A stretch of 32,541 nt of DNA, taken from a candidate division WOR-3 bacterium (GTDB lineage Bacteria > Hydrothermota > Tepidihabitantia > Tepidihabitantales > Tepidihabitantaceae). A program made the translations under genes and the position numbers. The stretch's first letter is position 1, and each line of letters starts with the position of its first letter. The notes beneath the pieces were generated by a model that saw only the letters and a program-made list of their open reading frames with translations, had not been told where the DNA came from and did not search any database. Location: assembly GCA_965649225.1 (NCBI GenBank), contig CBFGJX010000022.1, positions 8,561 through 41,101 on the forward strand. The letters are read 5' to 3'. Positions 7,913-15,868 of the stretch are shown piece after piece.

Positions 7913-8956
7913 ATGAGTCTGTGTAGTAGTCGGAGGGCGCGGCTGGCAGCCCTGGCCGCCGGGCTGGCTCTGTCGGCGCTCTTCTGGGGTTGCGGACGAA
8001 CTCCGCCCGAGGCTTTCTGGGAGCCGGACCGGGCCGATACGCTGGCCATTGATTCGCTGGTTCGCGCCAACAAAGCGTTTTTCCGGACCGCCCTGGCCGA
8101 ACTGGCGCTGGCCTCAATGGACACGGCGTTGCCCGGTTCAACGGCGGTGATACTGGCCAAGGAAATGCGCAGCAATCCTTACAAGCAGCGCTTCCGGGCC
8201 AATGCGATGGAGCACTGGGTGTCTGACCCCGACTATCCGCTCGACTACAAGTTCATCGCGACACTGGACACCTCCAAACTGGAAACCACCTGCACGGTTA
8301 CATTTATGGAGACAATCCCGGGCCGACTGCGCCTGAACGTCTTCCGTTACTCCCGTTTCATTCGGCAGGACACGTTCTTTCCCAATCCATCTGAGACGCT
8401 TGTCCTCAACCGCTACGACACTGTCTTTACCGACACGACCGGGTATGTGATTGAGAAGTTTGCCGCTGCCACCGAGCAGGATACGATGCTGGGCAACGCG
8501 ACCGGCGGGGTCGTGCTGAAAAAGCAGGGTGGCCAGTGGAAAATCTGGAAGCTGTCGGGCGGCCATCGCTACTGGGCGCCCGGCCCGGATGACGCTCCGT
8601 ACTTTTTCGACGCGGTGCTGTTCAACGGCGCCCGGGCCGACACGATTTATCTCCGACCGGATACGCTGCGGTTCGGTATTCAGCGGTTCTACGACCCGGA
8701 CAGCCAGCTGCTGACCTATCGGCGTGGCGATTCGATCAGGTTGAACCGGTTGCGCACCAATAATGGCGACTGCGCGACATACCTTTATCTGAACGGCCGG
8801 CGCTATCCGGGCAACGCCTGGATCAAGCTTGATTCGACCGTCCCGCTGGGAATCAACCGTCTGCACATCGAACACATCCCGGCCTCGGTGTTCTGGGAGG
8901 TTTCCGGCAAGTATGTCGCAGCGGGGTGGATCGTGCCGTTCAAGGTAACGGAATAG
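7913..8956 (+). CDS. Lipoprotein of unknown function, 347 aa
   Basis: AAGGAGG RBS; basic N-region, hydrophobic core and lipobox-like LFWG-C; beta-rich mature part. Confidence 0.85.
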   Translation: MSLCSSRRARLAALAAGLALSALFWGCGRTPPEAFWEPDRADTLAIDSLVRANKAFFRTALAELALASMDTALPGSTAVILAKEMRSNPYKQRFRANAMEHWVSDPDYPLDYKFIATLDTSKLETTCTVTFMETIPGRLRLNVFRYSRFIRQDTFFPNPSETLVLNRYDTVFTDTTGYVIEKFAAATEQDTMLGNATGGVVLKKQGGQWKIWKLSGGHRYWAPGPDDAPYFFDAVLFNGARADTIYLRPDTLRFGIQRFYDPDSQLLTYRRGDSIRLNRLRTNNGDCATYLYLNGRRYPGNAWIKLDSTVPLGINRLHIEHIPASVFWEVSGKYVAAGWIVPFKVTE

Positions 8957-8965
8957 GAGGCGGCA

Positions 8966-11806
8966 ATGAGACACTCAGGATTGCGGGTTCTGCTGATTCT
9001 GCTGGCCGCAGCCGCTGTCGGTCTGGCGGCCAATACCGGTAACATCACCGGCAAGGTCACTGACCGCCGGACGGGCGAGCCGCTGCCGGGCGCGAGCGTC
9101 GTCGTTGAGGGTACCGAACTGGGCGCCGCGACCGACGCCAACGGCCAGTACCTGATTATCAATATCCCGCCCGGCCGTTACACGGTGACTGCAAGCTTCA
9201 TGGGCTACAATGATGCCAAAGTCACCGACGTACTGGTGATCCAGGACCAGACCGTGACGGTTGACGTCAAGCTGTCCCCGACGGTGATTGAGATTGGCAA
9301 GACCATTGACGTCACCGCCAAGAAAAAAGAGCTGGTCAATCCGCGGACGGTCAACGTCGAGCGCGTCATTACCGATGAGGATTTCAAACGGCTGCCGGTA
9401 ACCAACCTGTCGGACCTCGTTGGTCTGCAGGCCGGTGTATCGCAGTCGCGTGGCGGCGGCTGGACGCATATCCGCGGCGGCCGCTACGACGACGTCGCTT
9501 ACCTGGTTGACGGTGTCAACGCTCAGGACGCGCTGGTCGGTACGCTCTGGTCGAGCCCGAAACCGACCACTGACGCGCTGCAGTCGGTGGTCGTCATCAC
9601 CGGTGGCTTTGATGCCGAATACGGTTCGGCAATGTCGGGTATCATCAAGGCGGTGACGAAAGAGGGTGGCTCGCGGACCTCGGGCCGGCTCGGCTACACG
9701 ACCGACGAGGTTTTCCCGATGTCAACCGGCTACAACTTTGGTTACAACCGGCTGACGTTGTCGATCGGCGGGCCATTGGTCAGCCGGCTGCGTTACTTCC
9801 TCTCAACCGAGTTCTTCCACACTGATGACAATGCCAATGTCCGCTACCGGGTAGACTCGCCGCGTGGCGAGTACGCCGCCGAGGGCAAACTGACGCTGCA
9901 GATGCCGCGGGAGTTTGCGCTGACCCGCGAAGGTCTGAAGTTCACGCTCGACGGCCATCACTCCAACTACCAGTGGCAGAGCTGGTCGAATTCGTGGAAG
10001 TACTGGCTGCGCGGGCTTTACGCCAACCGGGTGCGTTCCACCAAGGCCAACTTCACGATCAACCACCTGCTGTCATCGGCTTCGGTCTACGAGCTCAAGG
10101 TCGGCTATTTCAACACCTCGCTAATTCGGTCGGTACGCGATTTCTACGCCGAGGCGGCGGACACGACCGGGTTCTGGGGTGCCCTGCGTTCGGCCGGCAT
10201 CTGGCACCGCTATATCTTCCGGGGCGAAGAGTGGGTTTTCAACAACTACGAGGGGCTGAGCCCGCGTGATGCGGTGCTGCAGCTCTACCGTTCCTACTCG
10301 CTTATCAACGGCGACACGGTTTACGCGTGGCCCATTGGCCGCAACTTCGTCACACCCTACAATACGACCAACAACCCCTACGGTGTACCCGGGTTGTTTG
10401 TCGGCGAGGGTGACAACCGGACCTGGCACTATCGGGAAACCAATCACCTGCTGGGCAAGTTCGACTTCACCCGGACGATTTCCAAAATCCACGAGCTGAA
10501 GACCGGTATCAGCGTTACCCAATACGACCTGCGGATGTATGAAAACTCACTGCCCTGGGACGCCAATCCCTTCTGGGATGGCTATCGCTACAAGCCGGTG
10601 GTGATTGCGGCGTATGTCCAGGACCGGGCTGATTTCGAAGACCTGGTAGTGCGGGCCGGGCTGCGGCTGGACTATCTTGACTCCAAGGCCAGCGTCCGGG
10701 CTTTCCCCGAGTCGCTCGGGTCTTCGCCGGAGATTTCCGACTCGTTGATTCCGGCCAAGCCCAAGGCCAAGCTGGCGCCGCGGCTGGGTCTGTCCTACCC
10801 GATCACCGAGCGGATCAAGTTCCGCTTCTCCTACGGACACTTCTACAAGAATCCTTCGTTGTCCGACCTCTACTCCTATGCCGACCGTACTGCGGCCGAG
10901 CTGCGTTCGCGCGGCAACGTCATCGTCGGCAATGCCGACATGGACGCCGAGAAGACGATTGCCTACGAGCTGGGTTTCGATGCCCAGGTTTCGGACCTGC
11001 TGCAGTTTGACGTGACGGCGTTCTTCAAGGACGTGTTCGACCTGGCCGGGGTGCGGACGGTTTCGGCGCTGCCGCAGCCCTATACGATGTACTACAACGT
11101 CGAATTCGCCCGGATTCAGGGCTTCGAGGCAACCGCGGCCAAGGTGCTCAGCGATTACTGGACCGCTCAGCTGGGCTATACCTTCCAGATTGCCAAGGGT
11201 ACTGCTTCCACGGCTGAGGCGCAGTATCAGCGTGAGCGGCCGCTGCAGCAGGACTACTACCTTGATCAGGACCAGCGGCACGCGTTCAATGCCAATCTGA
11301 CCTTTGCATTCCCGGCTGATTTCGCGTTCACCCCGTTGCGGGAGTTTGATATTTCCGGCGTGTTCTCTTATGGTACCGGCACGCCCTATACACCGACCGA
11401 CCAGCGCGGCAACCAGATTGGGCTGCAGAATTCGGCCCGACTGCCCAGCAGCTACAATCTGGATGCCCGGATGTCCAAAACCATCCGGCTGGGTGGACTG
11501 GGGCTTGCGCTCAATCTCGATGTCTCGAACGTGCTCAATACGCTGCGGGTGACCAATGTTCACACTACCACCGGCAAACCGGACTTTACCGGCCGGGTCA
11601 TCACTCCGTTCGAGTTCTCGCCCGGCATCGCCTACGGCGACGGTGACTACGCCTACCACCCGGCGCGCGACTTCAACCACGACGGTTATCTGACGCGGGC
11701 CGAAATGTACGAGTCGTATCTGCGGGCATACGCCGATAACACAAACCCGCCCACCTACTATGGACCGCCGCGCAAGATCAAACTGGGACTCAGCCTGTCA
11801 TTCTAG
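8966..11806 (+). CDS. TonB-dependent receptor-like outer-membrane barrel with N-terminal carboxypeptidase-regulatory-like domain
   Basis: Signal peptide; G.ITGKVTD..TGEPLPGASV.V.GT..GA.TD.NGQY...PPGRY.V.ASFMGY; plug motifs HIRGGR...YLVDG and GGFDAEYG.AMSGII; amphipathic strands; C-terminal Phe (LGLSLSF). Confidence 0.92.
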   Translation: MRHSGLRVLLILLAAAAVGLAANTGNITGKVTDRRTGEPLPGASVVVEGTELGAATDANGQYLIINIPPGRYTVTASFMGYNDAKVTDVLVIQDQTVTVDVKLSPTVIEIGKTIDVTAKKKELVNPRTVNVERVITDEDFKRLPVTNLSDLVGLQAGVSQSRGGGWTHIRGGRYDDVAYLVDGVNAQDALVGTLWSSPKPTTDALQSVVVITGGFDAEYGSAMSGIIKAVTKEGGSRTSGRLGYTTDEVFPMSTGYNFGYNRLTLSIGGPLVSRLRYFLSTEFFHTDDNANVRYRVDSPRGEYAAEGKLTLQMPREFALTREGLKFTLDGHHSNYQWQSWSNSWKYWLRGLYANRVRSTKANFTINHLLSSASVYELKVGYFNTSLIRSVRDFYAEAADTTGFWGALRSAGIWHRYIFRGEEWVFNNYEGLSPRDAVLQLYRSYSLINGDTVYAWPIGRNFVTPYNTTNNPYGVPGLFVGEGDNRTWHYRETNHLLGKFDFTRTISKIHELKTGISVTQYDLRMYENSLPWDANPFWDGYRYKPVVIAAYVQDRADFEDLVVRAGLRLDYLDSKASVRAFPESLGSSPEISDSLIPAKPKAKLAPRLGLSYPITERIKFRFSYGHFYKNPSLSDLYSYADRTAAELRSRGNVIVGNADMDAEKTIAYELGFDAQVSDLLQFDVTAFFKDVFDLAGVRTVSALPQPYTMYYNVEFARIQGFEATAAKVLSDYWTAQLGYTFQIAKGTASTAEAQYQRERPLQQDYYLDQDQRHAFNANLTFAFPADFAFTPLREFDISGVFSYGTGTPYTPTDQRGNQIGLQNSARLPSSYNLDARMSKTIRLGGLGLALNLDVSNVLNTLRVTNVHTTTGKPDFTGRVITPFEFSPGIAYGDGDYAYHPARDFNHDGYLTRAEMYESYLRAYADNTNPPTYYGPPRKIKLGLSLSF

Positions 11807-11816
11807 AGGAGGAAGC

Positions 11817-14762
11817 GTGACGCACAGAGCAAGACGAAGAACAATCAAAGCCGGGCTGGGTCTGGCGTTCGCCTTCCTGACTCTGTTCGGGTGGGCCGCC
11901 ATCCTTGAGGCCCGCACTGCCACACCGCCGCCGGCTGGTCAGCGCATCTATGACATGCAGTGGCTGACAATCAACAAGTGGCGCTGTCCTTTCTATAACG
12001 ACGGCCGCTACGGCATCGACATTACCGTCGGTTCCGGTGTTGCGGGCGGTTCCTGGCCGCAGCCTTACAAGAACATGTACATTTTCGGTGCCGGTCTGTG
12101 GTTTGGTTCGCTCAAGCACCGGCCGGGAACCGAAAAGATCGATACGCTGGTGACCTTCGGTTACAACCCCAACTCCGGTGGTACTGAAATGACGCCGGTG
12201 TTGACCAAAAATGCCGAGGGTGGCGCTGGTTCGCCCGATGACCGGATTTACAAATACCCCGAAAACTTCCCGCCGCCGCTGGAGCTGCGTGAGCGCTTCG
12301 GAACCGGCAATCCGTCGCTGGACAGTCTGCTGATACCCTATGAGAACTTTTCCCTGCAGGATATGTGGTGCTGCTACTCGGATGCGGCACCGGAAAATCA
12401 TATCTCGCCGGGCAAGCCGCAGGGAATCGATATCTATCAGACCGTCTATGCGTGGAACTATCCGACTAATCAGGACATCTTCTTCATCATCTACCAGATC
12501 CGCAATTCGGGTACCGATACTCTCAAGCGCTGCTATGCCGGCGCAGTGATGGATCCGGACATCGGTGCGGCACCGGACGACATGGTTGGACTGATGGATT
12601 CAGTCGAAATCCCCGGCGTCGGGCTGGTGAGAAATGTCGGCTATGCCGGTGACAATGACAACTACGAGGCGCCGAGCCGGGACTGGGAATCCGGGACTCC
12701 GGGCGTGTTCGCCTACAAGTTTCTTGAGTCACCCAAGCGGCCGGACGGCCGTCAGCTGGGCATGACGGCGTTCAAGAAGTTCACGATTGACATCGACCCG
12801 GTTACCGACCCGGCCCAGTATCTGACCATGGCCGGTTACGACTACCGGACCGGTGTCTATGCGCCCTATGATTCGCAGGATGTGGCACCGGCTGACAAGC
12901 GATTCATCCAGTGTTCAGGCCCGTTTGACCTGGCTCCGGGTGAGGTGGCCCGGCTGGTTGTTGCCGGTATCGGCGCCCGTTTCGGCGGACCGAACCAGCC
13001 CTGGGCAGACCGCGGCCGGGATTCGCTGGTGCATCTGGCCCGGGTGGCCAATACCGCCCAATTCATCTATGACCAGGGCTGGCTGCTGCCCGGACCGCCG
13101 CTGGCACCAAATCTGACACTGGTGCCGGGCGACAATCAGGTGCGGATTGTCTGGGATAACCTGCCCGAAAAGACTCCCGACCCGTACTGGGTGCGGGTAG
13201 TCGGAGACCCGGGCAGCCCGAACTACGACCCGAAGTATCGCGGCTACGATTTCCAGGGCTATGTCATTTACAAGTCCAGGAACGGTGTCGACTGGAAGAT
13301 TCTCGGCCAGTGCGACCTCGTTGACGACGTGCCGTTGACCGACAGCGTGCTCAGTTTCCCGCCCGGCAACGATTCAACGCTGCCCGACAGTCTCTGGATC
13401 AAGATGCGCAACAGCGGCACCTACTACTCACTCGACGACAAGGATGTCGTCAACGGCTTCAAGTACTACTACTGCGTTACGGCCTATGATTGGAACTACG
13501 TAACCACGCAGCGGGATTCGGCGGGCAACCCGGTGGCCTGGGACACGTTGATTCTGCGTTCCGGGTTGGTGTCCAATTTCACCGTTGTCCCGCGCTGGGA
13601 GCCGGCGAACTATGTCAATCCGACTACCAGTATTCAAATGAAGCTGGGGCGAAACGACAAGCCTAATTTGACTTGTTCGACTTATGTCGTTGCGCCGGCC
13701 AACGTCACCAACGATGTCTATCAGCTTGTGTTCGACAAGCCGATTTACGGTGGCGCGGCGGGCACCGGAATCAACAAGTACTGGATGGTTAATGTCACCC
13801 GCGGTGAGATTGTCGATTCAGGCGCCATCACCTACACGGTTGGCAGCAAGATCACCCGCTACCTGCCGGTGTTCAACGGCCAGTCGATGAGGCTGGTATT
13901 CAACCAGACGGCGCCGCAGCGGATAGTCGATACGGTCTACATCGAAAGCGGCAGTTATCCACCCGACCGGCCTCGTGCCGGCGGGACCTCGTCGCAGGCC
14001 TACTGGGCTTATCGCGGTTCGGATTACCGGGTGCGCTGGGACAACAGTAACGGTTATCTGACCGCGAAAATCTGGGACGCCAGCCACACCAGCGAGGGCG
14101 ACACCGCTTGGATGCAGTTTACCCGGTTCGACGGTCTGGCTGCCTCGCGCGACAAGGCCGATGGCTGGTGCTTTGTCAATCTCGCGGGCAGAAACCCGAC
14201 CGATACGCTGAAGGGCAGTGTCTACTCGCTGTACGTCGGCGGTGGCTATGTGACGCTGAACTACAATTCGACGACCGGAAGACCGGACTCGGTCGGTGCG
14301 CTGGTCAATAGCATTCAGGCCGGCGACGTCTGGTTGTTGAAGGGCAGTTCGGCTGACTACTCGGCCGCCTATCTGAACCGCTACGAGATTAGCTCGACTG
14401 CGGGCAAGGAAGATACGAGCGCGGGTTATCAGCTCAACGTCAAAGTCGTCCCCAATCCCTACATCGTGTTCAACGCTTGGGAAAAGCGAACCGATGAGCG
14501 GGTGGTTCGCTTCACTCACCTGCCGTCACAGTGTGTCATCCGCATCTATACGACATCCGGCGATCTGGTCAAGACGATCAATCACACGGCGACTCCGGCG
14601 GGTGGTGCTGCCTTGGCCGACGGCGGTACCGCAACCTGGGACTTCACCAACGACTCCGGCTCGGCAAAGACATCGGGCCAATTGGTGGCTTCCGGTGTTT
14701 ATGTCTGGCATGTCGAGTCGCCGGTGGGCGAGGCGGTCGGCAAGCTCGTGTTTATCCACTAG
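11817..14762 (+). CDS. Large secreted protein (~981 aa) with FN3-like domain and T9SS-like C-terminal sorting domain
   Basis: GTG start after GAGGAGG; signal peptide; FN3-like segment PGDNQVRIVWD...FQGYVIYKS...NGFKYYYCVTAYD; CTD VVPNPY...IRIYTTSGDLVKTI...WD...ASGVY...KLVFIH. Confidence 0.88.
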   Translation: MTHRARRRTIKAGLGLAFAFLTLFGWAAILEARTATPPPAGQRIYDMQWLTINKWRCPFYNDGRYGIDITVGSGVAGGSWPQPYKNMYIFGAGLWFGSLKHRPGTEKIDTLVTFGYNPNSGGTEMTPVLTKNAEGGAGSPDDRIYKYPENFPPPLELRERFGTGNPSLDSLLIPYENFSLQDMWCCYSDAAPENHISPGKPQGIDIYQTVYAWNYPTNQDIFFIIYQIRNSGTDTLKRCYAGAVMDPDIGAAPDDMVGLMDSVEIPGVGLVRNVGYAGDNDNYEAPSRDWESGTPGVFAYKFLESPKRPDGRQLGMTAFKKFTIDIDPVTDPAQYLTMAGYDYRTGVYAPYDSQDVAPADKRFIQCSGPFDLAPGEVARLVVAGIGARFGGPNQPWADRGRDSLVHLARVANTAQFIYDQGWLLPGPPLAPNLTLVPGDNQVRIVWDNLPEKTPDPYWVRVVGDPGSPNYDPKYRGYDFQGYVIYKSRNGVDWKILGQCDLVDDVPLTDSVLSFPPGNDSTLPDSLWIKMRNSGTYYSLDDKDVVNGFKYYYCVTAYDWNYVTTQRDSAGNPVAWDTLILRSGLVSNFTVVPRWEPANYVNPTTSIQMKLGRNDKPNLTCSTYVVAPANVTNDVYQLVFDKPIYGGAAGTGINKYWMVNVTRGEIVDSGAITYTVGSKITRYLPVFNGQSMRLVFNQTAPQRIVDTVYIESGSYPPDRPRAGGTSSQAYWAYRGSDYRVRWDNSNGYLTAKIWDASHTSEGDTAWMQFTRFDGLAASRDKADGWCFVNLAGRNPTDTLKGSVYSLYVGGGYVTLNYNSTTGRPDSVGALVNSIQAGDVWLLKGSSADYSAAYLNRYEISSTAGKEDTSAGYQLNVKVVPNPYIVFNAWEKRTDERVVRFTHLPSQCVIRIYTTSGDLVKTINHTATPAGGAALADGGTATWDFTNDSGSAKTSGQLVASGVYVWHVESPVGEAVGKLVFIH

Positions 14763-14774
14763 GAGGAGGCGAAG

Positions 14775-15815
14775 ATGACACAGCATACTACTCTGCGGAC
14801 GATTCTCGCTGCCCTCCTCGTTGCTTCGGCCGCAATGGGCGCCTTCTCGAAGGTCGGCACCACCGGCGCCAACTTTTTGAAGATCGGCGTCGGCCGTGCA
14901 ACCGGGATGGGCGATGCATTCTGCGCTCTGGCCGATGACGCCGGTGCGGTCTACTACAATCCGGCCGGGCTGGCCCGGGTTGAGCGCAGCATTCAGTTGA
15001 ACCACGTCGACTGGATTGCCGACCTGACTCATGAGCACATCGCCGCGGTGCTGCCGGTGAATTTCGGAACGGTGGCGTTGAGCGTGACCGCGCTAGCGAT
15101 GGGTGACATGGAACAGACGATGGTCGATAACCCGCGCACCCGGGTACGCGAAGACGAGGGTACCGGTCTTTATTTTGGTGCCTCCGACTTTGCGGTCGCG
15201 GCGAGTTACTCGCGGATAATCACCGAGAAGCTGGCCTTCGGTCTGACGGTCAAGGCGATTAACCAGTCGGTCTGGGACATGTCTGCCAACGGGGTGGCAG
15301 CGGACCTCGGCCTGCATTACAACACCGGCTGGCGGTCACTGCGGATCGGTGCGGCGATGACCAACTTCGGTACTCAGCTGTCCTTCACTGGCCGCCAGCT
15401 TGACTACAGCTTCTTCTGGACCGACTCCGGCCCCACCCAGCTGCAGGGCAGCTACAAGACATCACCGTCGCCGCTGCCGACAACCTTCCGGTTCGGCGCT
15501 GCCTATGACCTGATTGACGATGCCTCGGGCAGGTTGACTGCGGCGCTTGATGTCATTCATCCTTCCGACATCAACGAAACGGTGAATTTCGGCATGGAGT
15601 ACGGTTATGCCAAGACCTTCTTTGTCCGTGCCGGCTACGTGCTGAACACCGACTTGTCCTATCAGAAGAAGCTCGGCTGGGGCAGCGGTCTTTGCGCCGG
15701 CCTCGGGGTGCGGACCGTCGTCGCCCGCGGACTGAAGCTGGGGCTCGACTACGGGTATCGCTATCTGCAATATCTGAAGCCGACGCACCGGCTGCTGCTG
15801 ACGGTTGGATTCTAA
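14775..15815 (+). CDS. PorV/PorQ-family (UPF0164) outer-membrane beta-barrel
   Basis: Family N-terminal signature GANFLKIGVGRATGMGDAF.ALADDA.AVYYNPAGLA; alternating strands; C-terminal HRLLLTVGF. Confidence 0.88.
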   Translation: MTQHTTLRTILAALLVASAAMGAFSKVGTTGANFLKIGVGRATGMGDAFCALADDAGAVYYNPAGLARVERSIQLNHVDWIADLTHEHIAAVLPVNFGTVALSVTALAMGDMEQTMVDNPRTRVREDEGTGLYFGASDFAVAASYSRIITEKLAFGLTVKAINQSVWDMSANGVAADLGLHYNTGWRSLRIGAAMTNFGTQLSFTGRQLDYSFFWTDSGPTQLQGSYKTSPSPLPTTFRFGAAYDLIDDASGRLTAALDVIHPSDINETVNFGMEYGYAKTFFVRAGYVLNTDLSYQKKLGWGSGLCAGLGVRTVVARGLKLGLDYGYRYLQYLKPTHRLLLTVGF

Positions 15816-15840
15816 TCGCGCGGGCAAAGGGCTCGCAGGC

Positions 15841-15868
15841 ACAGGGGCACGGTATACCGTGCCCCTGT
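15841..15868. repeat. Perfect 28-bp palindrome ACAGGGGCACGGTATACCGTGCCCCTGT
   Basis: Exactly self-complementary; pairing extends imperfectly with GCAGGC/GCTTGC and AGGG/CCCT. Confidence 0.9.

Noticed and set aside
7913..11806. Classical SusC/SusD polysaccharide utilisation locus
   Set aside because: The lipoprotein lies upstream, is beta-rich and lacks SusD TPR-like motifs; no glycoside hydrolase is recognisable.
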